A stretch of DNA of 64,000 bases, taken from NCBI GenBank assembly GCA_951406725.2, contig OX597816.1, positions 102,238,001 to 102,302,000 on the forward strand, in the 5' to 3' direction. The position numbers were made by a program, and so were the translations under genes. Shown piece by piece: positions 1-11,510 of the stretch. The notes beneath the pieces were generated by a model. That model was not told the origin of the DNA, did not search any database, and was given only the letters and a program-made list of their open reading frames with translations. The first letter of the stretch is position 1, and each line of letters begins with the position of its first letter. This DNA comes from Octopus vulgaris (Eukaryota).

Positions 1-437
1 CAAATTGACTACATCCTTGCAAGCAAAGGGAGAGATGGCTGCTTATAAATGCCAAAACCTTCCCAGGTGAAGAATGTACCCCACAACATAGACTGGTAGT
101 TAGTGACTTTAGGATCAGGACTAGGAGGACAACCAGAAGACGACCAATATGGAGAAGAAGGATCTGGAAGCTTAAAGATCCTGTAAATGGACAGAGATTT
201 AGAGACATATTACTTGAAGCCTCTGACGAAGTAGAAGGGGATAGAGCATCACAGGGGGTAGAAGACAGCTGGACGTTTCTAAGGGACAACCTGCTGAGAG
301 CCACTGACCAGATCTGTGGCTGGTGCAAAGTCCCCTCTTGACCTAGAATAACGTGGTGGTGGAACAATATTGTAGACAGGGCTATTAGAGAAAAGAGACA
401 GGCTTGGAAGGTCTGGAAAAATGGGGGTAGCAGGGAA

Positions 438-2409
438 TTGTATCAGACTGCCAAAAGAGAAGCTAAGAGACAGGTTTATTTAGCCAGAGGGGAAGCAGAT
501 AAGAAAATATTTGCTAATGTTCTGCGCCATGAGGACCAAAGACTGGAGGTGTTTCGTGTTGCAAGACAGTGTGTGAGAGAGAATCGTGATGTGGTAGGAG
601 AGAAGTGTGTTCGCATGGAAGATGGTTCACTTGCGCTAAATGAGGATGCAAAGAGAGAGGCTTGGAGATGCCACTATGAAAGTTTGCTGAATAAAGAAAA
701 TGAATGGGATAAAGAGAGTCTGCCGAATGTTGACCCAACAGAGGGACCAGCTATCCGAGTTGATAGTTCCGTGGTAGCTAAGGCAATTAGAAGCATGAAG
801 ACAGGAAAAGCCCCAGGCCCATCAGGAATCACTGCAGAGATGCTCAAAATGTCTGGTAGTGTCGGCTATAGCCTAGTCACCCATATAGTTAATCAGGTGA
901 TACACAAAGGAGTCATACCCAATGACTGGTGTAGCAGCATAATAGTCAACTGCTACAAAGGTAAAGGTGACGCCCTAGATACAAATAATTACAGAGGTAT
1001 CAAGCTGTTGGATCAGGTGATGAAGGTTACGGAGAGGGTCATAGCCCAACTAATTAGAGAGAGAGTTAGTTTAGATGAGATGCAGTTTGGGTTTGTGCCA
1101 GGGAAAAGTACTACTGATGCTATATTCCTGGTAAGGCAGCTGCAGGAGAAATACCTAGCCAAAGATAAGCCCCTGTACCTGGCTTTTGTTGACATGGAGA
1201 AAGCCTTCGACAGGGTCCCCCGATCCCTTATCTGGTGGGCAATGAGGAAACTAGGGATAGATGAATGGTTAGTGAGAGCTGTGCGGGCCATGTATAGGGA
1301 CGCTGCTAGTAGGGTGAGGGTTGGAAACGAGTACAGTGAAGAATTCCGGGTAGAGGTAGGGGTCCACCAAGGCTCAGTACTCAGCCCCCTCCTATTTATC
1401 ATAGTCCTCCAGGCAATAACGGAGGAATTCAAGACAGGATGCCCTTGGGAGCTCCTCTATGCTGATGACCTTGCTCTAATTGCTGAGTCGCTATCAGAAC
1501 TGGAGGAGAAGTTTCAGGTGTGGAAACAAGGATTAGAATCGAAGGGCCTCAGAGTCAATCTAGCTAAAACCAAAGTCGTAATCAGTAGGAAGGTAGACAA
1601 ATCACAAACGCCTTCAGGTAGATGGCCCTGCTCGATCTGTAGAAAAGGTGTAGGTAGTAACTCTATAAGATGCACCAAGTGTAAGCTATGGACACATAAG
1701 AGGTGCAGCAATGTCAAAGGAAGGCTAACTAGGAAGATGGTTTTTGTATGTGGCAGATGCTCAGGAACAATAAACACTGAAAATGCTCTGAGACCAACTT
1801 CCGTCACTTTCCAGGGAGAAAAACTAGAAATAGTTGATAGTTTCCGTTACCTAGGTGACCAAGTCAGCAGCGGGGGCGGGTGTGCTGAAAGTGTAACTGC
1901 TAGAGTAAGAATAGCTTGGGCAAAGTTCAGAGAGCTCTTACCCCTGCTGGTGACAAAAGGCCTCTCGCACAGTGAAAGGCAGACAGTATGATGCGTGTGT
2001 ACGAACAGCCATGCTACATGGCAGTGAAACATGGGCCGTGACTGCTGAGGATATGCGTAAGCTCGCAAGAAATGAAGCCATATGCTCCGATGGATGTGTA
2101 ATGTCTGTTCATAATCGACAGAGTGTAAGTACCTTGAGAGAAAAGCTGGACCTAAGAAGCATCAGTTGTGGTGTGCAAGAGAGACGATTGCGCTGGTATG
2201 GTCATGTGGCAAGAATGGATGAAGATAGTTGTGTGAAAAAGTGCCACACCCTAGCGGTTGAGGGAACCTGTGGAAGAGGCAGACCCAGGAAAACCTGGGA
2301 CGAGGTGGTGAAGCACGACCTTCGAACTTTAGGTCTCACTGAGGAAATGACTAGAGACCGAGTCCTCTGGAAGTGTGCTGTGCGCGAGAAGACCCGGCAG
2401 GACAAGTGA
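438..2409 (+). pseudogene. RTE reverse transcriptase ORF (438-1991 plus frameshifted 1972-2409) with embedded C4HC3 zinc finger
   Basis: 517-aa and 145-aa ORFs carry the RT motifs; C-x2-C-x10-C-x2-C-x4-H-x2-C-x14-C-x2-C at 1629-1760. Confidence 0.9.
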
Positions 2410-2483
2410 GTCCATAACCCGTGGCCTTCTACTTGGGATGGAGCCAGCCTACGTATGCATACCTTTCCTTCTTGGGACACAAA

Positions 2484-2760
2484 ACTCTACTTGTGAAGAC
2501 CTGTTGAGGCAAGTGAGGATCAGAATCGAAATCAATCAATGGAAATTGCAGATGTGTTACCAGTGCCGGTGGCATGTCGATACTCTACTTGTGAAGACCC
2601 GTTGAGGCAAGTGAGGATCAGAAATGGAAATTGCAGATGTGTTACCAGTGCCGGTGGCATGTCGAAACTCTACTTGTGAAGACCCGTTGAGGCAAGTGAG
2701 GATCAGAATGGAAATCGATCAATGGAAATTGCAGATGTGTTACCAGTGCCGGTGGCATGT
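2484..2760 (+). repeat. Three tandem ~80-95 bp repeats in the RTE 3' UTR
   Basis: Unit actctacttgtgaagacc..gttgaggcaagtgaggatcaga..ggaaattgcagatgtgttaccagtgccggtggcatgt at ~2484, ~2582, ~2667. Confidence 0.9.
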
Positions 2761-3923
2761 AAGACCGTTGCCAGCACCGCCCCGTTTCGTGTCCGTTGCC
2801 AGCCTCGCCTGGCCCTTGTGCCGGTGGCACATAAAAAGCACCATCCGTTCGTGGCCGTTTGCCTGCTCTGTCTGGCACCTGTGCGGGTGGCACGTAAAAA
2901 GCACCCACTACACTCACGGAGTGGTTGGTGTTAGGAAGGGCATCCAGCCGTAGAAACACTGCCAGATTTGACTGGGCCTGATGAAGCCTCCTGGCTTCAC
3001 AGACCCCAGTAGAACCGTCCAACCCATGCTAGCATGGAAAACGGACGCTAAATGATGATGATGATGATTTCAGAGTATATATATATGTATATATCAGGTC
3101 GTTCTCAAGTACTACTGGTAACATGTAACCCAGTACAACCTGTCACTTGGTTGGGTCACTGGTGAGTAAACTAGCAACCTCACTAAGCTTGCTTGGTGAG
3201 GAGGGCAATTATTGGACATCCTGCATGATGAAAGACAAGGTTTATCAAAGGGTGGAGGAACTCATGAGAGTCCATGGCTATCCAATTGAGGTCTGCTGTT
3301 CATAATTCTCATGGCATACTTGCACCTACTGTTGCTGTCAGTGGTACCAAAAAGTGTGAATGGTCCCACACAAGCCATTATCACTTTAAACAGGTCCTAG
3401 TGTGGGTTGTGCAAGGGATTTGCTTACTCTACTTTTTATCAAGATCATCTTGAAAAAGGAAAAGATGAAATGGAAAAAAAGGAAATAATTCTTTGGCCCT
3501 CAATTGTCGAATATAATCTGAAAGTCTGCCGTGTGTGGGGGTGAGGTGGGAGTGGGTGCACAAGTGCTTGTTTTGGTTTACATTTGCTCTTGTCTGAAAA
3601 TTGCTAGAAACAAGTGATGTTGCTATTTCTTTTGTCAACAAATCGTCCACTGACTTTGCACCTTTGTAGACATTTGAAATAAGCAATTCCTTACCTGAAA
3701 AATAGGTAAGTGTTAGCGACAGGAAGGGCATCTGTTTGTAAAGTAATGCTTCTTAAATATGATTATCTAACCCATGCTTGTATAGATAAACTGTCCTCAA
3801 AAAGGAAAGATGTATATGTATATATGTATGAATTTGTATGTGTATATGATGGATATACTCAGTGACCTCCATGTACACACATGTATATGTATCTGTGTGT
3901 GTGTGTATATACATATATATATA

Positions 3924-4456
3924 TTATCTCTTATGATAAAAGGCAGATTTTCTCTGCCTGTTACCATGTTCGTTTTTAATACAATTCTACAATATAGAAT
4001 TTCTTCAATTGGAATTTACCTATGATTTTTCGAAGTAGATTCGATTGGGTCATGGCACATAAAGTTTTTTCAATTTGACCCCCAATTAAGCAAAAATTCA
4101 ACAAAAGTAAATATTTTACGATTTGCCTCTCTAATTTCAACTGCTTCACTCCTGCTATTACCATACTTTCTCCTACTTTCTCTTTGCAAGTGTACCTTAA
4201 ACCACTACTCAAAAAAAAATACAGAGCAAACAGAAACAAATAAATACATAACGATTTACTCCTCACACAATTTCTTCAATTGGAATTTACCTATGATTTT
4301 TCGAAGTACATTCCATTCGGTCATGGCATATAAATTTCTTTCAATTTGATCCCCAATTAAGCAAAAATTCGAGAAAACTCAATATTTTATGATTTCCCTC
4401 TCTCACTTCAAAGGCTTTACTCCGCCTATTACCATACTTTCTCCTACTTTCTCTTT
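3924..4456 (+). repeat. Dispersed repeat (possibly Helitron-like) with internal ~190-bp direct duplication
   Basis: aatttcttcaattggaatttacctatgatttttcgaagta...ccatactttctcctactttctcttt at ~3998-4186 and ~4269-4456; starts tctcttatgataaaaggcag. Confidence 0.6.
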
Positions 4457-5136
4457 ACACACATAGACATGCAAACATATACATATATGACAGTGACAAA
4501 CACAAACGTTTCAAACAACTACATACAAACACTCAAACACACACACACACACACATATGTGTGTTTGTTATTAGTAAAAAAGGCGCCAAACACAATTCAC
4601 ATTTGCAAATACACAGCAACAATTCACTGACATATGGTGAGTAGATGCTAGCTGCTCACATTATGAGTTACACTATTACACCAATTGTACTGGGACTGTT
4701 GTCTACTTCCCGTTAGTTTTTCGTGTCCAGGAAACAAAACTTTCTCGAGAAATAACAAAAAAAAACACTTCTAGATTTCACAAAGGACTTTGAGAAACGA
4801 TAGGAACTAAGTTCAGTTGAAGAAAAAAGACGGATTTAAGGAAATCAGACGGTCGAATTAGAATGATAACTCAACAGAAAAGGTAAATTGGTTTTTAATT
4901 TACTTTCTGTCGCTAAGTTTTCGTAGTATTAATTTGCGAGCGTACTTCAGTTGTCAATTGTTGAAAGAAAATTGAAAGCTAAGAAGGTGTGTCTGTGTGC
5001 GTGTGTGTGTGTATGTGTGTGTAGGAAGTGAAGGATAAAAATATGGCAAGAAGTGGACAGATGTACATATATACATACATACATCCATACATACATACAT
5101 GTATGTGTGTATGTATGTGTATTAATGTGTGTGTTA

Positions 5137-5522
5137 TCTCTCTCTATATAAAGCTGAAGTTGTCTGTGCGCCAGGTTTGGTAGCCTTCAACTAACACTAT
5201 CTCCTCCGAGACCCTGCGGCGCAAGTTGACCAAAATTGAGAGTATGTAAGAACAGTTTCTCTTCCTTCCATACAAGATAAAATTCAAATTGGACCATGTT
5301 AACACCAAAAATTATTTACATCAAAAAGGTGCTTTTTTCTATGAAAATCCCAATTTTTTACGATTTTTTCACTGCTGTGTTGCCACTTTTCAGTGTATTT
5401 CAACCACAAAAATGTTCACTTGAAGAGAATAACAAGCTACATAATGCAAAATTTTTACTTTTAAAAATTTTCAATTCCAGCGGGTCGAAACAAACCCGAG
5501 CAACGCCGGGCGATACTGCTAG
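5137..5522 (+). mobile_element. Non-autonomous Helitron
   Basis: 5' TC after host A (5136), 3' CTAG (5519-5522) before host T, subterminal hairpin cccgagcaacgccggg (5495-5510), no TSD. Confidence 0.85.
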
Positions 5523-5715
5523 TATATATATAAGAATGCATTGGTGGATAAAAATTCTTTATTAGTGTATTAAGTTTACCATTGGTTTCATGTTAAGAAA
5601 ATATCTTAATCTTTCAAGCTGATCATGTGAAGAATTGGTGTTTATCTCTGTTTTAGGTTTGAAAAATTGTTAAGCTATTAACATGAAACTAATGATAGGT
5701 TTAATACACAAATGA

Positions 5716-5746
<31 letters not shown>

Positions 5747-5997
5747 GGTGTATTTGCCTGTATGGGTTTGAGCATATGTATGACTGTTTGTGTCTCCTTG
5801 TCTTGACATCACATAATAGTTATCAATGTGGCAGATGTGCAGTATCTTGTTTTCAGTCATCCACAAAAACATGTCTAGCTTTGGGGAAATATTACCTGGC
5901 TTGGCAACATGAAGAGCATCCAGCCATCAACTGATCCATGTAAACATGTGAAAGTAGATGTCAGACAGATGATGATCGTATCATATCATATATATAT

Positions 5998-6309
5998 GAC
6001 CATGGGATTGCACCTAGAAAGTTACCCTCCAAGGTACAAGTCCAGGCAAGGTTGTTTATGGAAGGCCGGCAGTCGCCCATGCATAACAGCCTCCCTTCTG
6101 CACACCACTGATGTTATCCAAGGGAACGGCAAAGGCCGATACAGCTTGGCACCAGTGATGTCGCAACTCATTTCTACAACTAAGTTAACTGGAGCAACGT
6201 GAAATAAAGTGTCTTGCTCAAGAACACAACACGCAGCCCGGTCCGGGAATTGAACTTACAACCTCACGATCATAAGCTCAATGCTCTAACCACAGCCATG
6301 CGCATTCAC
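5998..6309 (-). mobile_element. tRNA-derived SINE (family C, CORE-like body)
   Basis: Minus strand has A-box-like tggctgtggttagagc, B-box-like agttcaattccc, then gtgttcttgagcaagacactttatttcacgttgctcc; related degraded copy at ~49420-49615. Confidence 0.75.
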
Positions 6310-7367
6310 ATATATATATATATATATATATATGATATATGATCATTATCATATACATGATTTTATTTGTTCATTTCATTTAAAGTCAGGTTTCCAAAGC
6401 TAGCATGGCTTAGGTGGGAGGAAATTGAAGCAGATTTTCTATGACTGGGTACTTTTCCTGGTGCCAACCCATACCTATCTTTTATGTATGGGACTTTTTC
6501 TATTCCAGAAAGATTTGAGGATGCAGACCTAGAAGATGAATTGTTGATTAGAAGCATTAAAGGTTACTGGTCGCAGCCTAACGGCAAATGATGATGTCAC
6601 TGTTGTGACATCATTATTATTTCTGTTATTGGTACATGACCTGAAATTTCGTGGAGGGTGTTAGTCGATTACATTGATGCCTGTTCTTGACTGGTTCTTA
6701 CAAAGAACATGAAAAGATGAAAGGCAAAGTTGACATTGGGTGAATTTGAACTCAGAGTATAAAGATGGCCAAAATGCTGCTAATCATTGTATTCAGTGTG
6801 CTAATGGTCACACATACACACACATACGTACGTGGTGGGCTTTCAGCTAGTCAAGCAAACACACTTGCTTGAGTGTAGATGTGGGGAATGAGAGCTGGGT
6901 AAAGGTGAATGTAGTGAATGGTGAAAGGTGATGACTGGTGGCAGTACAGAAAGTGTGAAGAGCAGTGGAATCTTAATAATACAGTAGATGGGGAAGGAAG
7001 AAAGACATGGAGGTGATGGATAGTTGTTGGGTGAGTAAAGGTTGCAGGAGTGTGTAGGGAGAGTTAGAGGAGATATACAATGATAAAAGATAGAGGTAGT
7101 CATATATATATATATATATTAGTAGAAATGAAGAGAAGTGTACTTAGTACTGGAGGCAGGGAGGCAGAGTGCAAAATTTCTGTCTTGGAATTCATATTGG
7201 TACTTGAATATGATATTGCTTTGTCTTAATGTTGAAACATAGGGACTGATCTGGATTTTGGGGGACTTTAAGGAACTGGTAACATGTTGGAAAACTCCAG
7301 ACTAACTGGGTCAGCTAAAAAAAAATTATTACACTCCATTATGGTATTGAGTACTGTTTCTTTTTAG

Positions 7368-7545
7368 CTTTTATTTGTTTCAGTCATATGATTGGCCATA
7401 CTGGGTCACTGCTTTGAAAGGTTTAGTTAAATGAATCACACCCTTTATTGTGTCGATCTTTTGCCTTACTGCTAAGTTATGGTGACATAAACAAACCAAC
7501 ACCGGTTGTCAAGTTCTGGTGGGGGGTACAAAACACAAAATCACA

Positions 7546-7596
<51 letters not shown>

Positions 7597-7745
7597 CATA
7601 CACACATACATGTGTTTCCATCTGCCAAATTCGCTCACAAGGCCTTGAGCTATAAGACATTTGCACTTTGGTTCCATGCAGTAAGACTGAACCCAAATAT
7701 ATGTGCCTGCAAAGTGAGTTTCATAATCACACAGCTAAATACGTG
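7368..7745 (-). mobile_element. Family A SINE, degraded
   Basis: Similarity to 14931-15341 (ttgtttcagtcat...aacaccggttgtcaag...(TA)n...ctcacaaggc...gactgaaccc). Confidence 0.7.
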
Positions 7746-7769
7746 CGCGCACGCGGGCAAATAGGTATT

Positions 7770-8039
7770 TTGATCCAAACAAGAAAAATAGAACTCAAAA
7801 TATGAGTGCATGTATATTTTTATTTATATTTAGCAGAAGTAACAGAGTGACTCAAGGTCCAGGAGTTTCGTGTGTTGGCACTTACCAAACTAGTCATAGG
7901 GTTAAGCACACAGGCCTTCGAACTTTGATGGGTTTGATGATTGCCAACGCACGAAACTCTCAGACCTTGAGTCACTCTGTTACTTTGCTAAATATCAATA
8001 AAAATATATCTTGAGTTCTATTTTTCCTGTTTGCATCAA
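7770..8039. repeat. ~270-bp palindromic element; each arm carries a degenerate hammerhead motif (Penelope pLTR-like)
   Basis: 7770-7880 is the reverse complement of ~7942-8039; + strand gggt-TTGATGA-ttgccaacgcac-GAAA-ctc..gag-TC-actc at 7930-7977. Confidence 0.8.
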
Positions 8040-8717
8040 CACATCTTTTCTTCGCTCTTACATCTTGAGAAGCTCTATCGACAAACTCGAATGTCAGCTT
8101 GAAGAATTACCATCTACTGTACTCAATGAAAAATATCTACCTGTCTGTCTGTCTGTCTACACAGTCACACATAAACGTTAGTGTAAAGGAATTTCTAAAC
8201 AAAAGAACTGGGAGTCACTTTCCTTTCCCCAAATTTCTCTACTGCAGTAGTGTAGTATTTAAAGGCCTATAATTACAGTATTACCTTTCAGAAAGAGAGT
8301 AATAATCTGAATTAAATATCCTCTAAATTTAAAGGGCACCCAAGCTTACTTGTTCTTAGTATCACACCCACATGAAGAATGTTTATAATGTGGGTAGAAC
8401 AGCTGTTACTAGCTTGCCGATGCACCCAATAATGATGCTAATGCATACATAGATTGATTGATTGTTTGAGGCTATGATGTACAGTAGGGATGGCAGAAAA
8501 GTAAACTGTCCTGATGGCTTGAACAACATAAAAAACGAACTTGTGCATATACGTGTGTGTGTGTTTGTGTTACATTCTAGCCCTCCTCAGACTGCGTTGG
8601 ACCCCATGTGATAACGCAACAGTGGGAGTCAGGAATTAAAAGTTTTTAACAACAAGAGCCGAAACCCGAACGGTAGAATTGTCGTGCACTGAACGTATCC
8701 ACCCTTATATTTTGTAT

Positions 8718-8905
8718 CTTTTACTTGTTTCAGTCATTGGACTGCGGCCATGCTGGAGCACCGCCTTGAGGAATTTTAGTCGAACTAATCGACCCACTAC
8801 TTACTTTCTTTCTGAGCCTAGTACTTATTCTATCGGGCACTTTTGCCGAACTGCTAAGTTACGGGGGCGTAAACACACCAACACCGGTTGTTAAGTGGTG
8901 GTTAC
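8718..8905 (-). mobile_element. Family A SINE, 3' half
   Basis: ttttacttgtttcagtcattggactgcggccatgctggagcaccgcc...aacacaccaacaccggttg. Confidence 0.85.
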
Positions 8906-9394
8906 ACACACACACACACTCACATGTCTATTTTTCCATGCATAGATCAAGCAGAAAATTGTTGAGGCTGATGTTTCTATTGCGGTTGCTCTTCCTGTAT
9001 CCAGGTCTCCTTTATTTCGATCGTACTTTGAATAACGAACACAGCTCAATAGCTACACATACTTTCACACAGAACATTGTAAACCAATATCACGATTTGA
9101 GTCGTAACTTCGTGTATAATCAGCACGCCTCACGGGAGAGACACAAGCACACAGATCACCCCCACCACTCCACATACATTTGTGTATGTGTGTGTGCTTG
9201 TGTATATATATATGATAATGTTGGCGGCTATACGTAATGTAAAATCAAAAAGGAAAAATTCAATTGTCACTAATTGTGACTGACGGTGTAGGGTAGCACT
9301 TACATTGCTAGAAATAAGAGTTAAAATACCTTAGTCGCAAGGAGGCACAGTTCCATTCACTGGCAAGGGAGATAACCGCATTACAGTCAGCAAG

Positions 9395-9445
9395 ATCACT
9401 ATACTAGTCTAGTTTCGCTTAAAATTAAAGCTCATCAGTGGTGAT
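9395..9445 (-). ncRNA. Type-I hammerhead ribozyme, canonical core
   Basis: Minus strand atcacca-CTGATGA-gctt(taatttt)aagc-GAAA-cta(gac)tag-TA^tagtgat; all core nucleotides present; predicted cleavage between 9402 and 9401. Confidence 0.8.
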
Positions 9446-9645
9446 TACTGTATCGCTGTAGTTTGACTAAATCCCGAGTGTCAGAATTTACCATATGAAT
9501 CTATGGTTGATTCGGCAAAATGGTAATGGGAAAATTATAAAATAACGAAAGCGGCTCTAAACAATATAAAACCAGAAGGGAAAAAAGTTCAATTGTCACT
9601 ATTAGGCTCATATATATATATATAAACATAAGTTTATATAATAGT

Positions 9646-9730
9646 TCCTACGTGCGTTCCACCATTATGGTTGTTTGGAACCCCTAGAATAGGTATTCCG
9701 AATGCTTAACCCCAACGGATCATTAGGGAC
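9646..9730 (-). ncRNA. Degenerate hammerhead-like motif with long stem II
   Basis: Minus strand tcc-CTAATGA-[~60-nt hairpin]-GGAA-c-gcac-GTA^gga; two core mismatches. Confidence 0.4.
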
Positions 9731-9904
9731 CATATTATTGCATTAAGTTGCTGATAGCTTTGTCTCATTGTTAACATTTACTCTGTAGTTCATAACTGTT
9801 AATACTACTTGGTATAGAAGCTACTTAACAACTATACAGAAAGCAAACTGGATTATGAATATCAACGTGAGCTCTATACATGACAGTAGGAGTTGTACAT
9901 CCAC

Positions 9905-10028
9905 AACGGCAAAAAGAGGCCGATAGAATAAGTATAAGGCTTACAAAGAATAAGTCCTGGGGTCGATTTGCTCGACTAAAAGGTGGTGCTCCAGCATGGC
10001 CGCACTCAAATGACTGAACCAAAAGAAT
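9905..10028 (+). mobile_element. Family A SINE, 3' end
   Basis: cggcaaaaagaggccgatagaataagta...ggtgctccagcatggccgca is the reverse complement of the minus-strand copies. Confidence 0.85.
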
Positions 10029-10699
10029 GTGTATATATATGTATGTATATCTGTATATATATATGTATATATGTGTATGCATATATGTACATACATACAT
10101 ATATGTATATATAATACCTGACAATTGCAAGTTCCTGTACGTCGGCAGTGGACGTTTCCAATTGGCTAAAATTACATTATTTTACGGCCTTGTAACTTTT
10201 TAATAATTAATTTCTAGGAAAAATAAATGTGATTTTCATGTCCAGCATGAAAAACTACCTCAGTGTAGAAAATTTGAAAAATTCAGGTGGTTATTTGGAG
10301 AGAGAGTTAAGAAAGATCCAAATTTGGTACTTACTCTATTTGTCTTTATTTTGATGAGATGTTAAGTTACAAGGATGTTAACAGACTCCACTTGTCAAGT
10401 GGTGTCACATAAAGACAAGTTACAGAGACACAATAAGCACGTAAACACATGTATATATACGATGGGGTTCCACACAGTTTCCGTCTAAATTCACTTTAAG
10501 CATTAGTCGGGCCAGGGTCATAGTGGAGGGCACTTGTCAATGTGCGCCACAGTGAGACTGAACCTGAAACCACATAGTTTCGAAGCTAATTTCTCTACAA
10601 AGCAGCGTTTACATTAATTCATTATATATCACCAGGAAATACTAAAGTAATACTACGCTATAGCGTATAGTACGATACAACGATTCAATACAAAATATA

Positions 10700-11290
10700 C
10701 GTCCATTCAACCACCCTCTTGCGCTGACTATTCCTGGGAGATGGTGGCACTTCCTAATAGGGTCCTATCAGAAGCAATTTACGGTTGGATTCCCAAGCGT
10801 GACTTAGTCTATGGATATCCAACCATCTCGTTTTTGGTCTCCTGCCGATTGGCTTGGCTTGAAGATCCATCATCTAATACTTTCCTTTGACATTCTACTC
10901 ACATGTCCATAGTACCAGAATTCTGAACTCACAATGCAGATAAATAGCGGCTCGGCCTGGAGAGACCCCTTGGTCTCTGAGCTCTGCACCCGTTTGATTT
11001 TTGCGATCATACTTTTCAGGCATTACCCAACAATCATGACATAGGTGAGGATAGATACGAAAACTGGTTTGGCTTTTTATTTATTTATTTTTTTCTGTAC
11101 GAACCTCTCCTCCTTTGAGGATCGAATCTTGGAGGTGGTGCAATTCTAGTATCCAATTCAACCTCCTGCTTCCAATCACTCGTGAATGTGGCTCCAAGAT
11201 ACTTCAACTTCTCCACTTGTCTCAGTGATGTGCCACTGACATGCAGAACGCAGTTGGAAAACTTGAGAGGACCAATGTCTTCGCACTTCA
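10700..11290 (-). mobile_element. Degraded RTE-type LINE 3' fragment (different family from 1-3068)
   Basis: Minus-strand translation LRQVEKLKYLGATFTSDWKQEVELDTRIA, then WYYGHVSRM and GRRPKTRW-like motifs. Confidence 0.65.
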
Positions 11291-11317
11291 CACTATTACA
11301 TTACACAATCAGACGTC

Positions 11318-11510
11318 AAGCTGGTAGAATCGTTAGCACTCTGGGCAAAATACTTAGTGGTATTTCATCCGTATTTACGTTCTGAGTTCTAATACTACCG
11401 AGGTCGACTTTGCCTTTCACCTTTTCGGGTGTTTTTAAAATAAGGACCAGTTGAGCAGTGGGGTCGATGTAATTGACCTACACTCTCCCTCAAAATTTGA
11501 AACCAATGTT
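11318..11510 (+). mobile_element. Family B tRNA-SINE, degraded
   Basis: agctggtagaatcgttagcac...ctgagttc...gaggtcgactttgcctttca...ggggtcgatgtaattgac. Confidence 0.75.

Larger units (their letters stand above)
1..3068 (+). mobile_element. RTE-clade non-LTR retrotransposon, 3' ~3 kb (5' end outside window), mildly disrupted
   Basis: APE end motifs QIDYIL (1-18) and QHRLVV; RT motifs KAPGPSGI, NYRGIKLL, QFGFVPG, AFVDMEKAFDRV, GVHQGSVLSPLLF, YADD, FRYLG; C-terminal RRLRWYGHVARM and RGRPRKTW; in-frame TGA at 339-341, frameshifts near 1970 and 2080-2100; (TGA)n tail at 3052-3068. Confidence 0.95.
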
